A stretch of DNA of 64,000 nucleotides from an uncultured Actinomycetes bacterium. Lineage in GTDB: Bacteria > Actinomycetota > Acidimicrobiia > IMCC26256 > DASPTH01. Below the pieces are notes generated by a model that saw only the letters and a program-made list of their open reading frames with translations, searched no databases and was not told the origin of the DNA. This document shows, piece by piece, positions 18,556-28,258 of this stretch. Location of the stretch: NCBI GenBank assembly GCA_963756895.1, contig CAVWPI010000006.1, forward strand, positions 178,572 through 242,571, written 5' to 3'. Made by a program: the position numbers and the translations under genes. Positions within the stretch are counted from its first letter, which is position 1. Each line of letters starts with the position of its first letter.

Positions 18556-20107
18556 CGAACAGCTCCGCGATCGCGCCGAGGTCGGGCTTGCCGCTCGACA
18601 GCATCGGCAGGTCACCCGGTGCCAGCACCAGGAGACGACGGGGCACCTTGTACGCCGACAGGCGCGCCCGCAGATCCGTGCGCACGACGTCGAGGTCGGG
18701 CGCGGTGTCGGGCTCGGCCAGGATGACCGCCGCCACCACCTGGTCGCGCTCGGGGTCCGCGACGCCGATCACCATGCTCGCGAGCCCGCCGGTGATGTCG
18801 CTCAGCACCGCTTCGACCTCGAGCGGCGACACGTTCGCACCCGCGGTCTTGATCATCGAGCCCCGCCGGCCGTGGAAGTAGAAGAAGCCGTCGTCGTCGA
18901 CGTGGAACATGTCGCCGGTGCGGTACCAGCCGTCGGCGGTGAAGATCTCGAAGCGCTCCCGCCCGTAGTAGCCCTCCATCAGCGACGGACCGCGGAACCA
19001 GAGCTCACCCGTGGTGCCGACGGGCACGTCCGCCAGCGAGTCGGGATCCACGACCCGCGGGGTGAGGCCGGGGACCGGCAACCCGAACGAACCGCGTCGG
19101 CACTCGGGCTGGTCGGTCTCGTCGCCGCTCATGAGGCAGACGCTGCCGGTCTCGGTGGTGCCGAGCATGTTGTGGCGCAGCTCGAGGTCGGCCGGGCGGA
19201 TGGCCTCCGGCAGGAGGGGGTGCAGGTTGCCCGAGCGGATCGACGAGAAGTCGCGGGTCGCGAAGCTCGGGTGCGCGACCAGCGCCGCGATCGACGCCGC
19301 ATACCCGTTGGTGAGCTCAGGCCGCTCGCGCTCGATGAAGTCGAGGGTCTCGACGGGATCGGTGGCCGCCGAGCACAGCAGGGTGGCCCCGGCCACGAGC
19401 ACACCGATGATGTTGTAGGCGAGACCGCCGATCCAGAACATGGGCGAGTTCGAGAAGAGGCGGGTCCCGGCGTCGAGATTGCGGATGCCGTTCAGCGTGT
19501 GGAGGTGGCCGAGCAGCGCTCCGTGCTGGTGGATCACGCCCTTGGGCGCACTGGTGGAGCCCGATGTGTGGACGATGATCATGCGGTCGTCCGGGGTGAT
19601 GTCGTCCTCGACCGCGTCGAGCACCGCGTCGGGGACGTCGTCGGCGAGCGCTTCGAGGGCCGCGAACCCGTCGAGCCACACCTGCCGGAGGTGCGGCGCC
19701 GCGTTCGAGCGCGCGCCGTCGCCGACGGGCCCGACGGCGTCGTCGAGCGCGGCCGCGTAGTCGTTGCCGCGGTAGCTGCCCACACCGACCACGACATCGA
19801 CATCGGCGCGCGCGAGCAGATCGCGGAGCTCGCGCGCCGTGGAGAACGTGCTGATGGGGACGGCGATGGCACCGACGCGCACCGCGGCCAGCCACGCGAG
19901 CACGAAGTCGACCCCGGTCGGGAAGAGCAGACCGACCCGGCTGCCCCGACCGGCGCCGGTTGCGAGGAGACCGCGTGCGAGGACGCGGCTGCGCCGTTCG
20001 GCGTCGCCATAGGTCAGACGGTCGTCGTCGCAGACGACGTAGTCGGCGTCGGGCCGTGCGCCGACGTGCGCACGCAGCACGCGGCTGACCGTGGTCGCTC
20101 CGTTCAT
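18545..20107 (-). CDS. Acyl-CoA synthetase (ANL adenylate-forming enzyme)
   Basis: Intact 520 aa: IIVHTSGSTSAPKGVIHQHG, MLGTTETG, WYRTGDMFHVDDDGFFYFHGRRGSMIKTAGANVSPLEVE, LSSGKPD. The ATG overlaps the upstream stop (ATGA). Confidence 0.85.
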   Translation of the reverse strand: MNGATTVSRVLRAHVGARPDADYVVCDDDRLTYGDAERRSRVLARGLLATGAGRGSRVGLLFPTGVDFVLAWLAAVRVGAIAVPISTFSTARELRDLLARADVDVVVGVGSYRGNDYAAALDDAVGPVGDGARSNAAPHLRQVWLDGFAALEALADDVPDAVLDAVEDDITPDDRMIIVHTSGSTSAPKGVIHQHGALLGHLHTLNGIRNLDAGTRLFSNSPMFWIGGLAYNIIGVLVAGATLLCSAATDPVETLDFIERERPELTNGYAASIAALVAHPSFATRDFSSIRSGNLHPLLPEAIRPADLELRHNMLGTTETGSVCLMSGDETDQPECRRGSFGLPVPGLTPRVVDPDSLADVPVGTTGELWFRGPSLMEGYYGRERFEIFTADGWYRTGDMFHVDDDGFFYFHGRRGSMIKTAGANVSPLEVEAVLSDITGGLASMVIGVADPERDQVVAAVILAEPDTAPDLDVVRTDLRARLSAYKVPRRLLVLAPGDLPMLSSGKPDLGAIAELFDEH

Positions 20108-22263
20108 GCCCGTCGCGCCGACACCGCGGGCAGCGCGCCGTGGTCGCCCTTCGCCGCGGTGAGATGCGCCTCGCAGAGGAGGTCGTCGCCGAGGAGCAGC
20201 TCGGCGTAGGCGGTGATGCGGCGGTCGTCGACGACGCGCTCGGCCCGGAAGACGAGCGGCGTGAGCAACGGTGTCGGGCGCCGGTACCGGATCGAGAGCT
20301 CCGCGGTCTTGCCCGCCAGCCCCAGCGCGCAGTTGAGCTCCTGGAGCACGCAGTCGAAGAACACCGCGAGGAACCCGCCGTGCACGATGCCGGGTGGCCC
20401 CTCGTAGCTGATCGGGAACTCCACCGTGCCGTGCGCACCTTCGTCGTCACCGCCCTCGTCGAGCTCGAGCGCGTAGCGGGGGACGCACGGGTTGTAGTCG
20501 CCGACGTCGTAGCCGTGGTCGACGTAGACCCGCCGGTCGGCGTCGCCCGCGTGATCGCCGATGCGGGGGCGGAGATCCGCAGGTGCCTGGGCGGCGAGCG
20601 CGCGCTGTGCGTCGCGGACGGTCTGGATCAGCGCTTCGAGCTCCGGGCTCGTCTGCTCCAACGAGAGCGCGGTGTCGGTGAGCTCGCGCAGCGCCGCGGC
20701 CAGCTCCGCCATCGCGGGCAGCGGCGGCTCGCCGAACACCCATCGCTTGTCGACGCTCACGACCGCGTCCCTGTCCGCGTCGGCCACCAGCTCGCGCACG
20801 GCGGCGAGATCGACCTTGCCTGACGCGGTGCGCGGCAGCGCGTCGACCACCGTGACCGACACCGGGACCTCGTACCGCGCCAGGTGCGCGCCCGCGAACT
20901 CGAGGACGGTGGCTTCGTCGAGCTCGGCGTCCGGTCGTCGTTCGACCGCGGCCACCGGCACCGCGCCGAGGCGCTCGTCGTCGACGCCCACCACCGCGGC
21001 CTCGGCCACGCCGGGCACCCGCTCCAGCGCCGTTCGCACCACCTCCGGTTGCACCTTGTAACCCCCGCGGAGGATGGTCTGATCGGCACGGCCGACGATC
21101 CAGAGGAAGCCGTCGGCGTCGACACGCGCCAGGTCGGTGGTGCGCACCCAGTCGTCGGTGCCGAGCTGCTTGGCGCGCACCTCCAGCAGGCCGACGACGT
21201 CGAGCCCGAGGTCGGTGCCGTCATCGGGATCGATCGACGCGCAACGAGCACCCTGCGTGCGCGCGCGACCGACGCTGCCGCGCTTGGCGACGGCGAACTG
21301 CTCGTGGTCTGCGAGGTTCCAGCCGGCAACTCCGCCGCCGAATTCGGTGGCGCCGTACGACGTGAGCACCGGCACGCCGTAGCGCGCGGAGAACACATCG
21401 GCGATGTCGGGGTCGAGCGGCGCGGTGCCCGACACCACCGAGCGGATGCTCTCGAACACGTCGTCATCGACATCGGCGTCGAGCACCATGCGCAGCGCGG
21501 TGGGCACCAGGCTCACAGTCTTGGGCCGGTGCTCGCGCACCGCCGCGGTCCATCCGTCGACGCTGAAGCGCTCGAGCAGCGCGATGCGACGACCGTCGAG
21601 CATCGCCTGCACCACGCGGAACACGCCGCTGACGTGGACGAGCGGTGCGTTGACGATGACGACCCCGGACCGGAGCCGGACGTCGCTCCCCGTGTCGGTC
21701 TCGTAATGCTTGGCCCCCCGCATCACCTGGTGGAGCATCTCGTAGCGCAGGTCGATGCGCTTCGGTGGCCCCGTGGTGCCGCTGGTGAGCATGCGGACCG
21801 CGACGCCAGGCGCATCGACGACGGCCGGCGCAGCGGCCGAGGGAGTGACCGCGATCGGGGCGGCGAGCGCACCGATCTCACCCCGAGCGGTCGTCGGCAG
21901 GTCGTCGGGAGCGATCAGCGCGAGGTCGTCGGCCGCGCCGAGCAGCAGCGGGAGCCCGAGACCGGGGACGTCGGCGCGCAGCCGTTCGGCGCCGAGCAGA
22001 GGGTTGACCGTGACCACGCACGCACCGGCGCGCAAGAGTCCGAGCATGATGCCGAGGGGGGACGGACGGTTGCGGAGCATGAGCCCGACCGGCGACCCCG
22101 CGCCGAGCCCGCGATCGCGGAGCACCGCGTCGACCGAGTCGGCCGCCGCCGACAGCTCGCCCCAGGTGGACCAGGTGCCCTCGAACTCGAGCGCGGGCGC
22201 CGACGGGTCGAGCGCCAGGACCTCGCGGAGGCGTTCCGGAATCGCGCGCATCGGTTCGCTCAT
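20104..22263 (-). CDS. Fusion protein: ANL acyl-CoA synthetase domain plus C-terminal PaaI-like hotdog (thioesterase-type) domain
   Basis: ATG 22263 overlaps the upstream stop (ATGA). Ligase motifs: RMLTSGTTGPPKRI, SYGATEFGG, VRTTDLARVDADGFLWIVGRADQTILRGGYKV, PRTASGKVD. These are followed by a helical linker (PAMAELAAALRELTD...) and a hotdog core YEGPPGIVHGGFLAVFFDCVLQE...LSIRYRRPTPL. 719 aa, no frame breaks. Confidence 0.8.
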   Translation of the reverse strand: MSEPMRAIPERLREVLALDPSAPALEFEGTWSTWGELSAAADSVDAVLRDRGLGAGSPVGLMLRNRPSPLGIMLGLLRAGACVVTVNPLLGAERLRADVPGLGLPLLLGAADDLALIAPDDLPTTARGEIGALAAPIAVTPSAAAPAVVDAPGVAVRMLTSGTTGPPKRIDLRYEMLHQVMRGAKHYETDTGSDVRLRSGVVIVNAPLVHVSGVFRVVQAMLDGRRIALLERFSVDGWTAAVREHRPKTVSLVPTALRMVLDADVDDDVFESIRSVVSGTAPLDPDIADVFSARYGVPVLTSYGATEFGGGVAGWNLADHEQFAVAKRGSVGRARTQGARCASIDPDDGTDLGLDVVGLLEVRAKQLGTDDWVRTTDLARVDADGFLWIVGRADQTILRGGYKVQPEVVRTALERVPGVAEAAVVGVDDERLGAVPVAAVERRPDAELDEATVLEFAGAHLARYEVPVSVTVVDALPRTASGKVDLAAVRELVADADRDAVVSVDKRWVFGEPPLPAMAELAAALRELTDTALSLEQTSPELEALIQTVRDAQRALAAQAPADLRPRIGDHAGDADRRVYVDHGYDVGDYNPCVPRYALELDEGGDDEGAHGTVEFPISYEGPPGIVHGGFLAVFFDCVLQELNCALGLAGKTAELSIRYRRPTPLLTPLVFRAERVVDDRRITAYAELLLGDDLLCEAHLTAAKGDHGALPAVSARRA

Positions 22264-23051
22264 CGCACAGTGGGCGGCGTGCGGTCGACGCCGCGCTGCT
22301 GGATCTCCGCGAGGCCGACCGGGTTGCCGAGACGCGTGTACATGAGCCCCTGGTCCATCGCGGCGCGGTAGGGCTTGTCGAGCGACTCCCAGATCGCTCG
22401 GACCGTGCCCTGCGTCGCGACTGCCGGGTACGACGCGATCACACACGCGAGCTCGTGCGCGTGATCCCAGAGCCGGTCGCGCGGAACGACCTCGGTCACG
22501 AGCCCGAGCCGCAACGCCGTCTCCGCCGACACCCGCTCGCGGTTACCCATCAGGGCCATGCGCAGCGTGTCACCGAGACCGATGCGACGCATGAGCCCAA
22601 TCGGCTCGAGCGCCGACACGTAGCCGTAGGTGACGTGCGAGTCGAAGAAGGTGGCGTCGTCGGAGCACAGGACGACGTCGGCTTCGTTCACGAAGTAGAG
22701 CGCCCCGGCAGTGCACATCCCGTGCACCGCGCACACCACCGGCTTCCAACACTTCTGCCACTTGGGGCTGAGGAGCTCACCGGGATCATCGTGGTTCCAG
22801 ACGAGGTCGGGCTGCCCGAAGCTCTTCGATGTGTCGAGACCGGCCGAGAACGCGCGCTCCCCCGCCGCGCGCAACACCACGGCGTTGACGCGGTCGTCGG
22901 CCTTGACGACGTGCCACACGTCGCGCATCTCCTCGCACATCTGCCGGTCGAACGCGTTGAGCACCTCGGGGCGATCGAGGGTGACGGTGGCGACACGATC
23001 GTCGGGCGCAACTTCGTAGCGGATCGTGGCGTAGCTCACTCGGCTCTCCAC
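22260..23051 (-). CDS. Enoyl-CoA hydratase/isomerase (crotonase) family
   Basis: ATVTLDRPEVLNAFDRQM...VVLRAAGERAFSAGLD...KPVVCAVHGMCTAGALYF. GTG 23051, or GTG 23039 which forms a GTGA overlap with the upstream stop. Confidence 0.85.
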   Translation of the reverse strand: MESRVSYATIRYEVAPDDRVATVTLDRPEVLNAFDRQMCEEMRDVWHVVKADDRVNAVVLRAAGERAFSAGLDTSKSFGQPDLVWNHDDPGELLSPKWQKCWKPVVCAVHGMCTAGALYFVNEADVVLCSDDATFFDSHVTYGYVSALEPIGLMRRIGLGDTLRMALMGNRERVSAETALRLGLVTEVVPRDRLWDHAHELACVIASYPAVATQGTVRAIWESLDKPYRAAMDQGLMYTRLGNPVGLAEIQQRGVDRTPPTVR

Positions 23052-23839
23052 TGGGGCTCGCGCTTCTCCACGAACGCGTGCGGGCCCTCCTTGGCGTCTT
23101 CGGTGTGCAGGACCCGCTCGCGGAACGCCTCGGCGAGCAGCTCGGCCTCGTAAAGGGGCAACCCGAGACCCTTGCGAATTCCGAGACGCGTGCCGCGCAC
23201 CGCGAGCGGCGCGTTGCGGTTCACCATCGCTGCAAGCTCACGAAGCCGGTCGCCCAACAGGTCGTGCTCCACCACCTCTGTGATGAGGCCCAGCTCGTAC
23301 ACGCGAGCGGCGCTCAGGCGCTCCTGGCGACCCATGATCGCCATGCGCATGGCGACGTTGAGCGGCAGGGTGCGCGCCACCCGCACCATCTCGCGGCCGG
23401 ATGCCAGTCCGATGCTCACGTGCGGATCGAAGAACTGTGCTCGGTCCGAAGCGATCGCGATGTCGCAGGTGGTGACGAGATCCATGCCTGCGCCGCAGCA
23501 GATGCCGTTGACGCCCACGATGATGGGCTTGGCCATCGAGCGGAACGGCGGCGTCGCCTCCTGCGGCGCGTCCCACTCGTGGAAGCGCGAGAGGTACTTG
23601 CCGTCGAACGGCACCTTGCCGTCGTCACGCACCGTGTCGACATCGGCTCCGGTGCAGAACCCGCGTCCGGCAGCGGTGATGACGATGGTCCAGACGTCGT
23701 CGTCGGTCTCCACGCTCACGTAGGCGTCGGCCAGCTCCGCCTCCATCTGCCGACTGATCGCGTTCAGCTTGTCGGGCCGGTTGAACGTGATCGTCGCGGT
23801 GCGGTCCTCCACCTCGTAGAGGATCGTCTCGTACGTCAT
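23036..23839 (-). CDS. Enoyl-CoA hydratase/isomerase (crotonase) family
   Basis: MTYETILYEVEDRTATITFNRPDKLNA...VITAAGRGFCTGADV...KPIIVGVNGICCGAGMDL. ATGA overlap with the SDR stop. Confidence 0.85.
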   Translation of the reverse strand: MTYETILYEVEDRTATITFNRPDKLNAISRQMEAELADAYVSVETDDDVWTIVITAAGRGFCTGADVDTVRDDGKVPFDGKYLSRFHEWDAPQEATPPFRSMAKPIIVGVNGICCGAGMDLVTTCDIAIASDRAQFFDPHVSIGLASGREMVRVARTLPLNVAMRMAIMGRQERLSAARVYELGLITEVVEHDLLGDRLRELAAMVNRNAPLAVRGTRLGIRKGLGLPLYEAELLAEAFRERVLHTEDAKEGPHAFVEKREPQWRAE

Positions 23840-24621
23840 CGCACCACATACCCTCCGTCGACGATCACTTCCTGGCCCGTGATGTAGCTCGCTTCGTCGC
23901 TGGCCAGGAACAGGACGGCATCGGCGATGTCGTCCATGGCCCCCATGCGCTTCATCGGGAGGTGCGAAGCGAAGGCCGCCACACGTTCCTCCTGTGCGGC
24001 TTCGTCGAGGCCGTCACGTTCACCGGTGGTCATGGGGGTGCGCATGAAACCGGGCGAGACCGCGTTCATGCGCACTCCCCTCCGGGCGAGCTCGCGCGCG
24101 GTGTGTCGCGTGTAGCTGAGGATCGCACCCTTCGACGCTGCGTACGCCGAGCCGCCGGTGCACACCGACGCCGCGATCGAGGCCACGTTGACGATCGAGC
24201 CGCCGCCGGCCTGGAGCATCACCGGGATCGCCGCCTTGGAGCACACGAACACGCTCCGCAAGTTGACCTGCAGGACGAGGTCCCACTTCTCCTCGGTGGT
24301 GTCCCACGTGTCGCGGTCGTCGCCCTGGACGATCCCGGCGTTGTTCACCAACACGTCGAGCCGCCCGAGGCCGTCGACCGCGGCGGTCACCGCTTCGTTC
24401 GCCACGTCCAGGCTCGAGACATCACCGATCACCAGCCGACCCTCGGAGCCGGCGGCGCGCACCTCGTCGACGACAGCGCTCCCACGCAGTTCGTCGAGGT
24501 CGACGACCACGATCCGTGCGCCCTCGTGCGCGAACCGCAACGCGGTGGCGCGACCGAACCCGGACGCACCCCCCGTGACGATGGCAACCTTGTCGTCGAG
24601 TCGACCCACGTCAGCCTCCAC
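23836..24621 (-). CDS. Short-chain dehydrogenase/reductase (SDR)
   Basis: KVAIVTGGASGFGRATAL...LVNNAGI...SAYAASKGAI...: Rossmann TGxxxGxG and YxxxK motifs. Intact 261 aa. Confidence 0.85.
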   Translation of the reverse strand: MEADVGRLDDKVAIVTGGASGFGRATALRFAHEGARIVVVDLDELRGSAVVDEVRAAGSEGRLVIGDVSSLDVANEAVTAAVDGLGRLDVLVNNAGIVQGDDRDTWDTTEEKWDLVLQVNLRSVFVCSKAAIPVMLQAGGGSIVNVASIAASVCTGGSAYAASKGAILSYTRHTARELARRGVRMNAVSPGFMRTPMTTGERDGLDEAAQEERVAAFASHLPMKRMGAMDDIADAVLFLASDEASYITGQEVIVDGGYVVR

Positions 24622-26521
24622 GTTCGGGGGCCGTGACCACGAAGTCGTCGAGCACAGGTTCCCGGGTCATGCGCCAGTAGTCGATGAGCTTCCACGGCAT
24701 GTTGGTCGTCACCCGGCCGGCGTCGTTGTTGTAGTAGCTGTGCACGCGCGGATGCCTCCACACGAGATGCTCGTGCTCGGCGTCGACGCGTTCGTTGTAG
24801 GCGTCGTGCACGTCGCTCCTGCACTCCATGGTGGACCACCCGTGCTCGAGCATGGCACCGATCGCCTTGACGACGTAGTTGACCTGGCATTCGAGCACGA
24901 ACACCACGCTCCCGACCACCGGGTTGGTGTTCGGTCCGTAGAGGCAGAACAGGTTGGGGAAGCCGGGCATCGTGATCCCCACGTGCGCGCGTGGATCGTC
25001 GCCCCACTCCTCGGAGAGGACCCGGCCCCCTCGGCCGGTGATGGTCATCGGCCAGAGGTACTTGTTGGGATGGAACCCGGTGCCGAGGACGAGCACGTCG
25101 ACGCTCGCGGCGCTCGCCCGACTCGCTGACCACCGCGTGGGGCTCGACCCGGACCACGCGCTCGTTCACCAGGTCGACGTCGTCGCGCAGCAGCGTGCGG
25201 AACCAACCGTTGTCCTGCAACATGCGCTTGCCCAGCGCCGGGTAGTCGGGCAGCACTTCGGCCACCAGCTCGGGACGATCGGCCAGCTCACGTTCGACGT
25301 GGGCGGTCATCACCCGGCGGATCTTGTCGTTCTGCCGGCTGATCGACACGTCGGTGTCGGGCCAGTCGGGGTCGGCCCGGAACGCGGAATACATCCGGTC
25401 GGCGCTGTTCCAGAACTGCAGCACCCGGTACCACGCCAGGTAGTGCGGCACCGTGCGGAACAGCCACTTCTCCTGGTCGGTGACCGGCCGGTGGTAGTCG
25501 GGGTTGGGCAGGACCCAGTGGCGCGACCGCTGGAAGATCGTGACGTCCGCGGCGTCGGGCGCCACCGCGGGCACGAACTGCATCGAGCTGGCACCGGTGC
25601 CGACCACCGCGATCCGCTTGCCGTGCATGTCGACGTCGTGGTCCCAGCGGGAGGAGTGGAAGGACGGGCCCGCGAAGGTGTCGAGGCCCTCGATGTCGGG
25701 CACCGCCGGACGGTTGAGCATCCCGACCGCGCTCACGAGCGCGTTGACCGTGATCTCCGACTCGCCCGTGCCGTCTCGGAGGCTGACGAGCCAGGAACCC
25801 GCGCCTCGTCGAAGGTGGCCGAGCGCACCTCAGTACCGAACCGCACGTGCGGCAGGACGTTGTGCTCCTTGGCGCAGCTCGCGATGTAGTCGAACAGCTC
25901 GTGCTGGCACGCGTAGAAGTGCGACCAGTCGGGGTTGGGCCGGAACGAGTACGAGTAGAAGTGGTTGGGCACGTCGACCCGGAGATCGGGATAGGTGTTC
26001 TCGAACCACGTCCCGCCGACGTCGGGGTTCTTGTCGAACACCGTGTACGGGATCCCGGCCTGCTCGAGGCGGATCGCTGCGCACAGGCCGCCGAGCCCGG
26101 CGCCGATGATGCCCACGTGGAAGCGCGCCAGCGTCTCGTCGTCCGGGCGCTCGATCCACTCGAATCGCCGACGGTCGGCGCCGTCGAAGTCGGCCTCCTC
26201 CTCGACCAGCGCGACGTACGAGGCGTCGACCGTTTCGCCGACCGCGAACTCGATCAGCCGGTGCATCTCGGCGGCGTCGGGTCGACGTTCGGATGCGGCG
26301 TCGGGCAGGCCGGTGAGCGTGTCGAACGCCCACGCCCGGATCGCCTCGGCGTCGTCGGCGGTGAGCGATCCCGGACCCCGCCCGTGGTCGAAGGTGCGCG
26401 GCTCGGGATGCGCGTCGACCACCGACAGGTCGCCGCTCAGGTGGGCCACCGCGGCAACGAGCACGGCGAGGTTGGCCGCGGGCAGCGCGGCCGCGAGCTC
26501 CCCCGCGTCGATCCGGTTCAC
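24611..26521 (-). pseudogene. Type I Baeyer-Villiger (flavin-containing) monooxygenase with ~135-aa N-terminal extension; 2 frame breaks (near 25790 and 25100)
   Basis: MNRIDAGELAAAL...FHVGIIGAGLGGLCAAIRLEQAGIPYTVFDKNPDVGGTWFENTYPDLRVDVPNHFYSYSF... / ...LDTFAGPSFHSSRWDHDVDMHGKRIAVVGTGASSMQ... / MLVLGTGFHPNKYL...NLFCLYGPNTNP... The BVMO fingerprint FxGxxxHxxxW[P/D] and two GxGxxG motifs are present. Confidence 0.8.
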
Positions 26522-27390
26522 GGCAGGCCGTCGACCCCGAAGTGCTCGTCGCGCGCTTTGAACGCCTCGCTCGTCCCGACCTTCGCGCGCGTCTTCACGA
26601 AGTTGAACTCGTCACCCTCGAAACGGAGGTTGGTTGCGAACGCGTGCACGAGGAACCCACTCGCCTCCTCCCCGACGTAGGCGGTGCTCTGCTCCACGAG
26701 GGCGAAGCTCGTCTTGGCGATGGCGAGGCCGTCGGCCGGCATGCGCGCGACCTTGGTGGCCCACAGCTCGGCACGCTCTGCGACCACCTCGGGTTCGCAC
26801 ACCTCGGTGAACACACCGAGGTGCTCCACCTCGCCGCCGGTGATGGTGTCGCCGGTGAGCAGCAGGCGCCGGGTCAGCACCGGTCCGAGCCGATGGAAGA
26901 AGAGGTGCAGGTTGCCGAGGGCCGGACCGAGCAGCCGCGCCCCGGGCATCCCGAGCTTGGCGTCGCGCGCCACGACGGCGATGTCGGCCATCAACGCGAT
27001 CTCGAAGCCACCGCCGAGTGCGTACGTCTCGACCTGCGCAACCGTGACCTTCGGGTAGGTCATGAGCTCGTGGTAGAACGCGAAGCTCTCGCGGTCGACA
27101 CCCAGCCGGCGACGCTGACTCGGCCGCCGCCCGTTGGGGTCGTTGCCGTACCAGGCGTACGAGTTGGCCATGTCGGCGCCGGTGCTGAACACGCCGTCGA
27201 CGCCGCGCAGGATGACGACCTTGATGTCGTCGTCGGTCGCGATCTCGTCGAGGTGCGTGCGCATGGCGCGCCGCATCGGCGGGTCGTACGCGTTGCGACG
27301 GTCGGGGTTGTCGATCGTGAGCCACGCGACGTGGGTCTCGGGATCGCGTTCGCACGTGATCCGCGGGTCGAGTTCGCTCGTGTCGTTCAT
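26518..27390 (-). CDS. Enoyl-CoA hydratase/isomerase (crotonase) family
   Basis: MNDTSELDPRITCERDPETHVAWLTIDNPDRRNAY...VILRGVDGVFSTGADM...VAQVETYALGGGFEIAL. ATGA overlaps at both ends. Confidence 0.8.
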   Translation of the reverse strand: MNDTSELDPRITCERDPETHVAWLTIDNPDRRNAYDPPMRRAMRTHLDEIATDDDIKVVILRGVDGVFSTGADMANSYAWYGNDPNGRRPSQRRRLGVDRESFAFYHELMTYPKVTVAQVETYALGGGFEIALMADIAVVARDAKLGMPGARLLGPALGNLHLFFHRLGPVLTRRLLLTGDTITGGEVEHLGVFTEVCEPEVVAERAELWATKVARMPADGLAIAKTSFALVEQSTAYVGEEASGFLVHAFATNLRFEGDEFNFVKTRAKVGTSEAFKARDEHFGVDGLP

Positions 27391-28214
27391 CGGCTGAACA
27401 GGAAGTCCTGCGCGTTCTGGTACAGGTAGTTGTCGAGGACCTCGGGCGGCAGGTCGAGCTCCGACGCTTCCTTGACGGTCCTCCGGATCGACAGCACCGG
27501 CGAGTCGGAGGCGAACATCACGCGACCCTTGCCGCGAGTGCGCATGAAGTGCAACAGCGACTCGGGCAGGTGCCGCGGGGCCCACGCCGACGTGACCAGC
27601 CGCAGGTTCGCGTACTTGATCATCAGGCGGATGGCGACGTCCCACCACGGATCGGCGCCGTGCATCATCGCCAGACGGAGCTCGGGAAAGCGCACGCAGA
27701 CGCGGTCGAGGTGGATCGGGTTCTGCACCTCGCCCGGGATGGGCGGACCGGGCAGACCCGTGTTCATGAACAGTGGGAGATCGAGCTCGCAGCACTTCGT
27801 GTAGAGCGGGTAGTAGACCGCGTCGCCGGGCGCGTACATCCCGTCGCCCCAGAAGCTGGGACCGATGACCGTGTAGGCGACCGGGTGGTCCTTGACGAAC
27901 GACTCGAGGTTGCGCAGGTTCTCCATCGGGCGCAGGAGGTTGTGACCGCCCAGTCCGAGGTGGAACCGATCGGGCCGCTGCTCGACGAACGACAGCACCC
28001 GCTCCGACGAGCGGGTCATGTTGGTCATGAGCACGGCGCGCTCGACGCCCATCTCGTCCATCTCGTCGAGCAGCTCGTTGATCTCACGGCTCTCGAACAT
28101 CGACTGCCCGGCCTTGAAGTAGTCCTCCTTGACCCGGACCATCCAGTCGGGCTGCTTCATGTCGCCCATGTCGGTGTTGACCAGCAGGTCGTGCGCGCGT
28201 GCGACGACTCCCAT
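27387..28214 (-). CDS. Amidohydrolase-2 family (PF04909-like) protein, short form
   Basis: Intact 275 aa: ...YYPLYTKCCELDLPLFMNTGLPGP...RFPELRLAMMHGADPWWDVAIRL...RVMFASDSPVLS... The usual N-terminal HxH is not visible (LVNTDMG instead). Confidence 0.7.
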   Translation of the reverse strand: MGVVARAHDLLVNTDMGDMKQPDWMVRVKEDYFKAGQSMFESREINELLDEMDEMGVERAVLMTNMTRSSERVLSFVEQRPDRFHLGLGGHNLLRPMENLRNLESFVKDHPVAYTVIGPSFWGDGMYAPGDAVYYPLYTKCCELDLPLFMNTGLPGPPIPGEVQNPIHLDRVCVRFPELRLAMMHGADPWWDVAIRLMIKYANLRLVTSAWAPRHLPESLLHFMRTRGKGRVMFASDSPVLSIRRTVKEASELDLPPEVLDNYLYQNAQDFLFSR

Positions 28215-28258
28215 CGGATCAGCTTCCTCTCGTCGGGCCCCGCGCTCGGCGGAGTCGA

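Noticed and set aside
22260-22446. Longer N-terminus (from 22446) for the ligase-hotdog fusion.
   Set aside because: The extra 61 codons overlap the upstream crotonase gene and are Arg/Pro-rich. ATG 22263 forms an ATGA overlap with that gene's stop and begins the conserved ligase N-terminus.
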